A stretch of 61,045 nucleotides of DNA, the filler included. It is 10 parts of 10 records of this genome, joined end to end, with 100 filler letters (N's around TTAATTAATTAA, not from the genome) between each part and the next. Parts side by side here need not be neighbours in the genome. Positions count along the whole stretch, not along the records: positions 29,812 to 35,192 come from SRR7504441_11399; positions 35,293 to 39,409 come from SRR7504441_11405; positions 39,510 to 46,253 come from SRR7504441_11408; 7 more parts are not named here. One strand, given 5' to 3'. A program made the position numbers and the translations under genes. Shown piece by piece: positions 29,812 through 41,667 of this stretch (position 1 is the stretch's first letter; each line of letters opens with the position of its first letter). Under the pieces are notes generated by a model. That model did no database searches and had not been told where the DNA came from. It was given only the letters and a program-made list of their open reading frames with translations.

Positions 29812-32800
29812 CATTGCTTTCAAGCAGCAGCCTCACCACCTGACACGAGCAGGTCAGCGTAGAAAGCCAGTTCTATGCACCTTGATGTGCCCTGCTTCAG
29901 CGGCACAGAGCAACGGTGTCATCGGCCTATGATGCCCTGCTGCTTGAACCACCCTAAAATCCTCCAGGTGCGCAGCCGCCCGGATTGCAATTTGGACTTG
30001 CGCCGCATCGCCCCGCCAAGCTGCTTCGTGAAGGCGAGCACGCTGGGCCTGTAAATGCGGTGTTGCTGTTACCTGTGACGACTGATTGGCATCTTGTGCA
30101 CCTGATCGGTTCATATGATCTGTCAGTATCTTGACCAGCTGCTGATGATCAGTCATCGGCTCGCTGTCAGGGACCGCAACCATGACCATCCGGCGGGCAA
30201 TCTGAACAACAAGAGGTCCCAGTCAGAGTGCAATCGCACAATCGCCCTATACCTCTATTGGAGCAAGGCCCGCTGCCGTCACCGATGGGTCAGCACCAGC
30301 CTTCAGTAAGATAGCCCAGCCGGAATCATAGTAGCTGGCCACAACCAAAGGTGTTGCACTATCTGAGTCTACAATGGGGTCCACAGCAGCACCGGCTTCC
30401 ACCAGAGCAGCTACGATAGCCGGGTTAGTCTGAATTTTGCCTAAATCAAACATTCAGTCAATAAAACAGTGCTGATGGGATGCCTGTGACAGCATTGTTG
30501 GCTCGGAGATTAGCAGCATGGAGTGGGGTCCAGCCATCAGGGTCGCCCAAGTCCGGTCGAGCTCGGGCTTCCAGTAGAAGCTGTATCAAGCTCAAAATAA
30601 GAGTCTGGCTTAGCAGGCGAAACCTGGACGCAGCCGAGCTGGCCACTGTTGACTGCAAGCAGCAATGGGCTCGGCCCAGTCCCGTTGCCATCTGGATTTG
30701 CTCCCAATGCTAGGAGTGCTTGGGCACAGGATGCGTGTGATAGCAGGACTGCTAACCCAAGTGCTGTGTCTCCAAGCAAATTCTTGGCTTCGATGTCTGC
30801 GCCACGCTGCACCAGCAAGGCCGCTGCATCTGCATGTCCACGCATGGCAGCAATCCGAAGAGCAGACTCGTGAATGCCCCAGGTGCCTGCAAAGATGGGT
30901 GATCAGTATACATTCCTGTGGAAGTGTAACCGTGGGTATTAGAGTATCCTCTGATTGTGTGCGAAGAATTCGGTGAAGCACGAGCGCTAAGGTGCGCTGC
31001 TGTGCAGTGGTAAGCTTGCGGGCTGTTCTCACAGAGCCACAGGTCTTGAATGAGGGCTATGCTGCTCAGCGCGTCCGGCTCCACCGTGCCGCGGGTAGCA
31101 CGGCTCTCGAGAGGGGCGGTGCTGTGTGGAAAATCGCCTGGATGGAATGCACCATTGCCCTTTCGGATTGCATTACGAAGTCCCGTCTGCCGAAATCATC
31201 ACACGCCTAGCCAGCTAAAAGCAGCCTCACCTGTCGGAGGGCGTCAGCCTCTCGTTGATACCAACTGCTGGAATATGGCCAACCAGAGTCAGCAGCATGC
31301 TTCGTTAGCCATTTCGGACGAGCAGGCCACACAGTTAGCATCTTCTCTTGCGTTTTGTCCGGTCTCTCTGGTGGGTCTTCTGTGAGTGCTGGCAAGGAAT
31401 AGCGCGGCGGTGGAGGACCTGGAGGGCCGGGCAGCGACACTACTGGGGGCATTGGAGGCCCTTGAAGTGCTTTGGATCTAGCATGTCCAGAAACTAAAGT
31501 GGCCTTCTTGCGTCCAGAAAACCATTCGCCTCCTGACGTGGCCTTATCTGGCTGTGCAGAGTCTGAGCTGATGGCTGGCTTAGTCTGAATCGGGTTAGGC
31601 TGCCGAGCAAGTTCAGCCGGCTGGAAATTGCGCACGCCTATGGCAAGACTTTGTGAACCACTGCATAGATGAGATTGCTGAGCCTTGCACTCTCTCACAA
31701 CACTCTTCTCCACTAGGGCCCGTGCTCTAGCGAGGGCAACATTATGCAATTGCGCCACCACATCGTCTACGATATCATCGTCAGCAGCAGCTATTGAACT
31801 TAGAGCAAGGTTGTACCGCTCTTCAGATCTTACCGCCAGCAGCCGGTTATCATCTTCGAGATGTCCTTGTTGGTTGAAGAAATCGAGCATTTTCTGCCTT
31901 GTTTCATCCGAGATCGCCTTCTTGAGCGCGGATCTGGGAGTACCCGGTGGGCTAGCTTGCAGTGCTGCCTCGAGAATGGGATCAGTACTTCCTCCAGCTG
32001 ATGGGGAAGTAGTCTGCTGATTTGCCTCGCGTCCTTTAACTGCCTCAGCCCTGGTATCCTTGATTTTCTGCTCAATAGCTTGCTTCATTATGCCATAGCT
32101 TGCATCGCACGCTTGCTGAAGTGCAGCTGCGTTGCTCACAATCGACTGGCTGGCGGCTGGGACGCTGGCGGCTGCAACTGCTACCTTGATTCCAGCTCGC
32201 ACCTCTGCCATCTTACTAGAGGCTTCCACAGTCAACTGTTGCTTCTGATTCAGATGTTCACAGATTCGATCAGCGGCTGCACCCATAGCCATGATCTGAC
32301 CTCGAAGTGGCATCCAAAGCTCGGTGGCGCTCTCACGCATTTGCCGATCAATAGTTTCAGCCCGTTCATCGGGTATAGCTTGCTGCGTAGCCACGCTCCT
32401 TCCGGTCGCTGATACGGCGGCCAAAAGCTGCTCCCACCTCGCATCTGCGGACTTCACATCACCTGATAAGCAAGTCAGAAGATGCTCGTCAGACTAACAG
32501 GTGGTGAGCTTACCTTGTTTCAAGCACATAAGCTGAATGTCCTCTCGGAAAGTTCTCCATTCCCTTTTGAGTGCAAAACTTATTCTGTCAGCTACGATCT
32601 GGACACGCCGATCTTCGTCAGCATGCACTACAGCAAGATCTTTGTTGAAGGCGTCCTGGGCTGCCAAATTTAAGGCCGATACAGCCGGCACTATTGCACG
32701 CAGCCCACTCCACGCAGCAGCGGCATGCGCTTGCAATGCAGAAGCAGACTCGTCTCTGATCTTTTGTAGCTCAGAGTGCCGTTGTTTCATGGCAATGCTC

Positions 32801-35192
32801 GACAGGGCTGCGAGACCCCTAGTACGGAAATGTTCCCACTGTATATCGGCCACCTCGCACACTTTCGCATTCAGTAGTGCGGTCTGCTCGTATGGCAGGC
32901 CTTGCTCTCTTCCTGCTTCGCGGCCAGCCGCCAAAACCTCGGCTTTCAGCTTGATCCACAAGGAATCGGCTGCTTCGCCAAGCTCATCGCTATTCCATTC
33001 ACCTGTCCCACATACACGTCATGACCACATGGCATATGGCTGAATGCGCCCTATTACTAAAGGTCACGAGGGGCATGCACCGGCTTGATTGAAGAAAACA
33101 GTACGCAATCCACTCCTAAGTGTATGCCACGAATCCTCTATTGCGGACTGCATGGCGTTTATCACCTCTTTACACTGTTGCACACTGCCGGCATTAGTGG
33201 AAGCCAGAGCGATTCTGGCAGCATTTGCAATTGAAGTCTGAAACTCTTCCCAGCCCTTGTCTGCTAGTGTGCCAAAGAAGGTTGCTGCGTCTGTTTGAGC
33301 ATTAACCAGTGTTTTCCGCTGCGTACGGGCTGGTTCGGCCAAATGCCCAAGATGACCAACCACAGCTGCAGCAGCGATGGTATGGTCGCAGAAGGTGCAC
33401 CACTCGCGGTCTGCGAATTGTTTCAGTTGGTTCTGTACTGCATTCAGCTGCTCATCGGACATCTGCTGCTCAGTCGCGGCAGAGCTGGCTGCTTTGTGCA
33501 AAGCTTTGGTCACAGCTGCAAGCTCTGTTTGCACCTGCTCAACAAACATCGACCCTTGGGCTTTAGCCACTTCGTCATTCTCTTCCATATTTGCGCATAT
33601 CATAGCAGCTGGTACATACACAAGTCAGCTCGGCGACTGGGCACACTACCAAAGCAGGCATAACACACCGACAGACTTGCTTGATGCACGGAGCGCAGTA
33701 CGGAATGGTGCCCAGTGAGAGATAACAGCTGCGTGAATGCTCCTGGAAACCTGCTCAGCCTTTTGCTGAGCTGGGCATGTCATTGGAGCTAGCCCAGTCT
33801 TGACTGCGCTGGTGATGGCGTGCTGTAAGCTGGCCTGAGCTGAGTTTGCATGCGCGCTCAGTATGATGCCCGCTTGTGCATTTGAACGCTCCTCTTGTGA
33901 CAGCTCCTGTCGGGTCTGGGTGGCTTCAGCTGCTGTGAAGATGATCCCGTCGAGAATCTTTACCCAATGCTCATCCGCTTTGTCCAATATCTGGTCCTCG
34001 ATATGATCCGCCCGGCGCTGTGAGATGCCCTGTGAGTCGGTCAATTCCCGGCACCCAGCGGCGAGTTCGGTCCGCAAGTGCTGCCATTTGCTCTGGGCCT
34101 GTTGGCGAAAGCTCTTGGTGTGCCGCTCGGCCACCTCCAGCTCATCTTGCTGGAAGCCCTCAACCAACACATCTGGCAGACCGACGTAACCAACCCGCAC
34201 GAGCATAGGGAGGGTACCTATGAAGTCGTTTGACCTGAACAGCTGGCCGAGCAGCGATTCCCACTGTTGATCGGCCAACTCAGCCACGCCGCTCTCGACA
34301 GCAGCCGCAATACTCTCCTCGTAGTCATCAAGCGGTGCATACCCATTCACCGCCGCGCCAACAATACTCATCCGCATCTGAGGCCAACCTGCCACCACCT
34401 GGGCCTTGACTACCGCCACTGCCTCTTGGTGCATCTCTTCTTGCTCACCGAACTTGTCATCTGCAACTTGGCGCAATTGCCCGGCAACCTCGGCGCTCGC
34501 GATCATGTGCTCGCGCAGGCTCGACCATTGTGACTCGACAGCCGTGCTTACCAAAGTCTTCATCGAGCTTGCTTGCTCTTGTGGCAGCTGGTGCGCGGCA
34601 GCAGCCAGGTTGCTCACCGAGCCTAGAGCAACCCGGAGCTTGGCCCAGTTGGCATCAACCTGCTCCCTGAACTGCTCGGCAAGCAGCGTGGCAATCTGGG
34701 CATCCGAACGGTGGTAGCCCTCGACCATCGCAGCTGCAGCACACTCAGGATGGCCGGCCCGGGCCAGACCGATCAGGCCGTTGCACGCATCCAGCCCCAG
34801 TCGGAGCTTGGCCCACTCAACACACAGGCTCCGGCTCACTTGGTCGGCCAGCCGCTCGGCCTTGGGCTCACGCACGCCGTTCTGCCGAGTGAGTCCGCCC
34901 AGCAAGGCTCCGGCCACAGCGCTTCCAACCCCTTCCTGAAACGCGTCCAGATGCGCACTCACAATCAGAGCAGCCTCGGCCCGCGAGCGCTCGTCGTCTG
35001 AGATCTGCTTGATCCGGCCGGCAGCGGCAGCTGCAGCCACGGCAGACTGCCGGACTTGGAACCAGCTCGTGTCCATCGCGTTCAGCACCAGCGCGGCTTG
35101 CTGCACCGCTGCTCAGCCCAGCCTGCCAGCCAGTCACCTGAGCTGCCGCCATCTCGTTCGCTCCGGCCGCGGTGGCTTGGGCCGCGACCTGG
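29812..35192 (-). CDS. Very large multi-exon protein: Ala/Gln-rich Trp-periodic helical repeats followed by ankyrin repeats (partial)
   Basis: Minus ORFs 33646, 33064, 32494 and 31207 appear to link by short introns to ankyrin motifs (SALRIAAMRGHADAAALLVQRGADIEAKNLLGDTAL, GWTPLHAA, MTPLLCAAEAGH). The single-gene model is inferred. Confidence 0.6.
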
Positions 35193-35292
35193 NNNNNNNN
35201 NNNNNNNNNNNNNNNNNNNNNNNNNNNNNNNNNNNNTTAATTAATTAANNNNNNNNNNNNNNNNNNNNNNNNNNNNNNNNNNNNNNNNNNNN
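35193..35292. other. Artificial contig linker
   Basis: N44-TTAATTAATTAA-N44. Confidence 0.98.
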
Positions 35293-35369
35293 CCCCCCCC
35301 CCAAAAACTTGCCCTACTTCGCACGATTCGTTTGGGGAAACATTGAAATCTGCGAGGTATTTACTAGCT

Positions 35370-35825
35370 TTAGCATCGTTTGCACTCATGCTGGAGGGTC
35401 CATGTTGGTAGGATGCTCCAAGTTGTGTCATTTTGCTGATTCTTGACGGCGTCGGCACAACTTACACAACTATCGTGATAACGCCAAGCGGGCGCAGCTA
35501 GACTAGCCGCATTTAGCTTGCATGCATTTCCACATGTGTTGCCCTTAAAGCGCACATCAGGCGAAGATTGTTTCCGGTAGCACGTCGAGTAGAAAACTGG
35601 ATCCTCAGGGTCTGTGCTCACATCATAGGCCGACCCACTGTCATTGGGATTACCCTCCTTGATTTTGTAGCACAGCCGATCACCCTGCTTCACTTTTCCA
35701 ACCACATTTGTGTGCTCCTGACACGCTGTGGGTATGACAGGGTCTCCAAAGAGGCTGGTGCTTGGCTTGAAGATTGGAATCACTTGGAGCTTGCACTCGT
35801 TAGCTTTGTTGCTTGAGCAAATGCG
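35370..35825 (-). CDS. C-terminal fragment of a Cys-rich extracellular protein (no convincing start)
   Basis: Protein-like composition (DPEDPVFYSTCY, CVSCAD, WTLQHECKRC-stop). Abuts an oppositely oriented fragment. Confidence 0.45.
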   Translation of the reverse strand, partial: RICSSNKANECKLQVIPIFKPSTSLFGDPVIPTACQEHTNVVGKVKQGDRLCYKIKEGNPNDSGSAYDVSTDPEDPVFYSTCYRKQSSPDVRFKGNTCGNACKLNAASLAAPAWRYHDSCVSCADAVKNQQNDTTWSILPTWTLQHECKRC

Positions 35826-36528
35826 TGAAGGCAAAGCAGTGATGCACTCTGGCGCATCTATGAAGCCCTACCACAATAGATTCGCGTTCCGTGCTCCAGC
35901 TAAGGGTGCTGGGACGATAACCTTCCATTGCTTGTTGAAAATGAGCGGTGCCAACCACGGATACTTTGTCTGGCCCAACAACAAGGACCTCCGGCTCACC
36001 GAGGGGAGCAGTAGGAACACAAGATGGGTCAAAAGTGGTGTTGGCCAAAACTGCGTCCAGGCTTGCCGCCAGGCTGGGGGTACATGTGATGAAACTAAGC
36101 TGACCAAAGTGAACTCGGAGAGCACCTTCGAGGCTCAGCTGAGCAGTGACTTCAGCTGCAAACTGCCGTTAGTCACAGAGTGCTCCCGGAGCACACCTGC
36201 TGAGGCTGCAGATGGTCTGTGTGAGTATCAATCCTCTGATGCCAGCTGCAAGGCCTCGAGGTGTGTTGACAAGGCTGACCGGGAGTCGAGGTTCTGCCCT
36301 TGCAAGCCGTCACCCGCATTGATTAACGAAGACGAGTGGAGCGAAATGCATCAGTGGAGTGAGATACAGCCGTCAACAACTGACTTGACACAGAATGCAA
36401 CTGGCTCGAGCAATGCTAACTGCAAATCATTTTACACTCAACAAGAGTGCATAGCGAACGGTTGCTTCTTTGAAGGCGAAGAAGGGATGGCGATATGCTC
36501 CAAGACCAAAGGTCCATTAGCAGCTTGA
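35821..36528 (+). CDS. Fragment of a Cys-rich extracellular protein with the C-terminal half of a Reeler-like domain
   Basis: AVMHS...FRAPAKGAGTITFHCLLK (Reeler-like W/F-x-AP-x-x-G-x-G-x-V-x-F), followed by GQNCVQAC...GTCD...SRFCPC. No signal peptide or N-terminus. Confidence 0.5.
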   Translation: MREGKAVMHSGASMKPYHNRFAFRAPAKGAGTITFHCLLKMSGANHGYFVWPNNKDLRLTEGSSRNTRWVKSGVGQNCVQACRQAGGTCDETKLTKVNSESTFEAQLSSDFSCKLPLVTECSRSTPAEAADGLCEYQSSDASCKASRCVDKADRESRFCPCKPSPALINEDEWSEMHQWSEIQPSTTDLTQNATGSSNANCKSFYTQQECIANGCFFEGEEGMAICSKTKGPLAA

Positions 36529-36796
36529 TACTAATTGTAACCTTAAAGTGTAACCGACCCTAAGTCGGCTTGCGAATTAAAAATAACTATAGCTACAAGT
36601 ACAAGTAAACATTGTTAATTAATAAACAAGATTGTCTTGTTGTGCTGAGTTCCAAATGCTCAGAAATTGTAGAGGTGGTTTCTACCGCATCTAGTTCTAA
36701 GATCTCGACCTCGGGTGTGAGAGAGAGAGAACTAGGCGGGAACTAGGCAGAGTCGACACATGCCCTTAATCTTTCTCCAAATACTCGAAAACCCAA

Positions 36797-39409
36797 TCAT
36801 TCAAATAAGCCGTGGCTTATATCGTGGCTGATATCGGAGATGCCGTCGCTTATATCGTGGCTCATATCGGAGATGAACCGACCAGAAGACCTAAGCGACT
36901 GGTCAAGCACATTCAGGGCTTTGCCGACTCCGGCTAGTGCCACCGGCGATGCTGGGGCCTGCTCGCACTGATCGCAGATCCTTTGCTGCGATCCGGACAC
37001 TGAATGAAATGCTTCTCGCCGACTGCATGAATCGCACACAACCTGTACCCACATCAAGATCCGTGACCCACATCAAGATCACCTTGCCGCAGAATCTGCA
37101 GTGGTGCTTTCTGGTGAAGATGCCGAAACGGGCGTCACAGAGTGGACAGGCAGCAACGTTGCAGTCGTCCTGCCAGCGTACTCCGTGCACCAGCTTACCT
37201 TGCTCGTCACAGGGGTCCACTGGCACAAGGCCTGCAGCATTGCCAGGCCTCTTGGGCGTTAAAAGTGCCGAATTGTCCTCAATCGGTTCGAGCGAGGCGC
37301 TGTGTTTCTTGCTCACGTCTATTGATTTTGTCACATGCACTTGATCCACAAACCCAAACATCTCTCCGATTGGCTGACAATTATCTTCGATAGCATCGGC
37401 AATCCAATCTTCCGGCCGTGTTTCCACTCGTTCAATCTGGTACCTCCGGAGCCGGGAACACGTGGACGCCTTGGAGGACTCGTGATCTTCCAAAAGCATC
37501 TGCCGCTGCTTGTGCGGCTCGACAGCGATTTCAGCAGCCGAAATTTGGCGGTGCTCCTGCCAACACAATTACACAGCAGTGCAGCAGGTGCGCCACCGCA
37601 AATGCGCGAAACTTGGCGGCGATTTGCTCATCGGGCGCTGTCTTGATCAGTCCTGATTCGGTCTCGACCAACCGCAGGAGTAGTAGCATATCCGAGAGGA
37701 CGGCCACCATCATCGGAGACCCGTGAGCGGGATCCCATGTGCGAGGGTGCACGTAGCACTTGAGCCGGCGGTTAGGGTCGACTTTTATATCCTGCCAGAG
37801 TGTGAGTGTTACAGAGAGCTGCGGGAGGCCTGTTCCAATCCATCGAGCTCTATGAGCAACTCGTGTATAGACTTGGACACTTTATACTCGCGGTCGAGCC
37901 TGGTCATCAGCTGCTGATACTCCACCTGCAGCTGGAGGTAGCTCGCATACACGGCGTTGCTTGATTGGCCTGGGATGAACTCGACCAGTTTATCTAGCAG
38001 CATCCCGTAGTTCACCATCACCTGACCTGACACTCACAGTCCCCACCCTCGACCGCTCGCCTGTATTGGCGCATTGAGCAGAGACTGGAGTGACCGGCCC
38101 TTGGGAGCCGTGTTGTTCGCTTGTTCTACAGTCTGCTGTACCTCGACCGCCTCGTCTTCTTCTGCAAACGACTGTGGCCGCTGCCGCCTGCGCTGGCTCA
38201 GTTGGGCGGCGAGGGGCCAGTACCGCTTCAGTGCTGTGAGCACAACGAATGAACTTGAGCACAGCAACGGCACCTGCTTGACCTCTGCCACAATCAGCGG
38301 CCAGATCTCGAGCAGCGCTGCGTGCATATTGTCCTGACGAGTGGCGTTTGCCACACGTTCAGCAATCAGCGCGCGGCTCGAGAGGGACTGAAGTGTAGAC
38401 GAGCTCACGTGCTGGAAGCTCTGCCAGACCCAGCGCATCTGCGGTTGTTCTGACCATCGCTCGAACAGCCCTCTTAGCAGCTCGAGGCACATCCACCGGC
38501 CTTCCGCTACCTCTTGATGCCGCCTGCTGACCGCAACCAGCTCAGCCATCACCGAGTCTTTGGTCTGCAGGAACTTCCTCATCTCAGCTACCCCCCGGTC
38601 CTGCCCCCACAACGTGACCAACCCCACCTGTAAAGCCAGTCACCTGCACCAGTCGGGATATCCGGTGTCTGAGCACCCAGGCCTTTATGAACCGCCTAAT
38701 CACTTCCTTGGCCCGCCTTCGGCGGTCGTGGCTATTCCGAACTAGCGTCTGCTGCTGGCCTCGTACGGTCTGCCACGCCGCCCGGCCAGTCGCCTTGACG
38801 CTCAGCTTCTGTGAGGCCCAGCTTTGATGTTCGCTCAACTCACTCCACCTGCTGGTCGATTTCTTGGGCACCTCGGCCGATTGACTCCACCGGCTCCTCG
38901 ACCAACAGTGCTTGAGCTCGGCCAGCATTGCCTTCTTTGCCCCCGAGTCTGGGGTGTCAAAATGGTCGAACCGACTCCTTGGTGACTGAGTTGCGGTTGC
39001 AGCAGCGGCCTGATCCTGCCTACTAGACCACCAACATCTGGTATCGACCTTCACATCGCCATTCGTATCCCAGCTGTCGACCGTCTCATCTACGCCGGTG
39101 TCCTCCAGACTGTTCTCAATAGCGTTCTCACCCATGGCGCCGGTAGGGGAGTGGCACGCAGACAATTGCCCACTCACAGCCGAAGTGCTCGTAGGATCCG
39201 CTTGGTCACTCGAGCCTGGCTCTGTGCTCTGCAGCCGGACAGGGCTCAGAGGGCTCAGAGCACAGTCCTCCGACGACTCTGGACGGGTTTGTCCCCACGC
39301 TGCCGGGCAGCTAGTGGCTCGAACCAGGCAGCTCGACTCTACCTGCTCGCCACAGGACACAGAGCCCGGCGAGTCCTGCTGCAACGCCCTTCGAGCTCGC
39401 TCCCGCTGA
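36797..39409 (-). CDS. FYVE zinc-finger protein (multi-exon, 5' truncated)
   Basis: WQDD..ACPLC..FGIFTRKHHCRFCGK|VVCDSCS..QRICDQC. The WxxD, R(R/K)HHCR and RxC motifs are complete after removing intron 37043-37082. Confidence 0.85.
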
Positions 39410-39509
39410 NNNNNNNNNNNNNNNNNNNNNNNNNNNNNNNNNNNNNNNNNNNNTTAATTAATTAANNNNNNNNNNNNNNNNNNNNNNNNNNNNNNNNNNN
39501 NNNNNNNNN
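39410..39509. other. Artificial contig linker
   Basis: N44-TTAATTAATTAA-N44. Confidence 0.98.
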
Positions 39510-39645
39510 TCACTGGACCCGGTATAACGAAGAGATAGTCCTCGAGTCCTATAGCTAGCTAGGCCTACAAGTACAGTAGACTAGAGTACTAGTCTAGATC
39601 TACACGCAGCTGACCAGGCAGCTGACAGGGGGGAGCGAGCCGTGT

Positions 39646-41194
39646 ATGATCCGGCTCGTACGGGGGTTGGCCTCAGCCCGACCGCTGCCGGCGGACGGGC
39701 TCACGCTGGCCGACTTCGCGGCCCCAGCCCCGGCTCGTCGCCGTAAGCCCAAGCAGCCCAAGCCGAGCTGGCTGCGTGTGGAGGTCTGGCTGGCGAGCCC
39801 TGGGGCGGGAATGTGGGACAGGCCCTGGGGAACGAGACCGAGGCGGCCTACCAGACGATGCGAAGCACAGTGAGGGTGCCAGCAACGAGGCAACTAATGG
39901 CAACGGGCAGGTGCGCGAGCTTGGGCTGAGCACCGTGTGTGAGGAGGCGCGGTGCCCCAATATTGGCGAGTGCTGGGGCGGAGGCAAGGCTGGCGCCAGC
40001 ACAGCCACCATCATGCTAATGGGCGACACCTGCACACGTGGCTGCCGGTATCGCAATCCCAAACTGTAATGGAATAGCTCGTCCAGGTTCTGCTCGGTCA
40101 AGACCGCTGCAGCCCCCGGCGACCTGGATCCGTTGGAGCCGTCCAACACGGCCGAGGCGATCGCCAAGTGGGGCCTCTCGTACGTTGTGCTTACCAGGCA
40201 ACTATAATGGACCCCTTGGGTGGGGCTGAAGTGCGACCACAGCGTGGATCGGGACGACATCCCTGACGGCGGTGCAGCGCACATCGCTTCAACAATCGAG
40301 CAGCTCAAGCGCCGCTCGCAAGACATCCTGGTCGAGTGCCTGGCCCCGGACTTCCAGGTATCCATTTGAAATTCTGTAGGAGTATTAGATCAAACCTCAG
40401 TTAAGGGTCAGGGCGAGCTGGCACACGTGAGGACGGTCGTGGACTCTGGCCTGGACGTGTTCGCTCACAACGTTGAGACAGTGGAGCGATTGACCCCCAG
40501 AGTGCGTGATCGGCGTGCCGGCATGCCGCTCCGCATGGCTGGGCGCGAGCAGGCGCCGCAGGGTACGCTCAGACCATGCGAGTGTTGGAGGCAGCCAAGG
40601 TGCGGCGTGCAAGGAGGAGGGTGCGACAGGCGGCAGGCGAGGAGGGACGGAATTGTGACTAAGAGCTCAATCATGCTTGGGCTCGGCGAGCGCGACGAGG
40701 AGGTAGAGGTAACGGACTCCGGCGCACTCAACCAGGTACGACGGACTAACTGGGTCCCCAGGAGACTATGAGGGACTTGCTGTCTGCCGGAGTTGAGATC
40801 CTCACCCTAGGTCAGGTCAGTCGAGCCAACTTATTAATCTAATCTGACGTGCGTCTGGGGACAGTATCTGCAGCCGACCCAGCGGCATCTCAAGGTGAGA
40901 GAGTTTGTCACTCCGGAGGCATTTGATCGGTTTCGAGTCACTGGAGAGCAAATGGGCTTCCGGTCCGATTATTGGTAGCTTTTCACAAGGCTTCAGCTTT
41001 GGTTGCTGTCTCAGGTATGTAGCGTCTGGGCCGTTGGTGCGGTCGTCTTACAAAGCAGGCGAGCGTTTGGCCGCCCTCCAGTGGGATAATCGTGTAAGGC
41101 AGGCGAATTCTTCCTGGAGACGATGCTCCGACAACGCTTGAAGACCAAATCTAACCAGAATCGACACCAACAAGACGTAAACAAGACGGATTAA
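39646..41194 (+). CDS. LIAS: Mitochondrial lipoyl synthase (radical SAM), 12 exons
   Basis: [88 protein letters not shown]. Arg-rich N-terminal presequence; TAA at 41192-41194. Confidence 0.96.
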
Positions 41195-41667
41195 TAAGTG
41201 TCATATTCAATCGACCCCTGCCGTACGTCAATCAATCACGCCCCATCACGCCCCATTACACCCTATGAGAGCTTACAATAATTACATACCCTCCAAGCCA
41301 GTCCAAGGTTTAGCATTGTTTATTGATCCAAAAAGATAAAGCTGTTTATCGTGTTTCTCGTGTTCGTCAGTCATTTCCTTCTCGTGTCCTATCTGGCAGT
41401 TCTCTGCTGTTTTTATCTGCGATGTCATCCAGCGATTATTAATTATAATAAGTCTTCATTGCCTCATTCAGCGTACATTCGCGTCCTGGAATGCTTTTTT
41501 CACCATTTACATTTCACCATACGTACATTTCTTGCAACTCTAGTGGTGCACTAGTTAGTGGTGCAACCACATACCTAGGACTTCATCTGCACAATAATTA
41601 TACAAAACTATGTGTCTTGACACGGACTCGAGGAAAACTTGTCCGGGTGTCACCATGAATACATGTA

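Noticed and set aside
36811-36876. 33-nt tandem repeat as a possible CRISPR-like unit
   Set aside because: Only two copies, in frame in the FYVE protein tail (ISDxSHDIS), with no spacers or cas genes. No CRISPR, tRNA or rRNA was recognised in the window.
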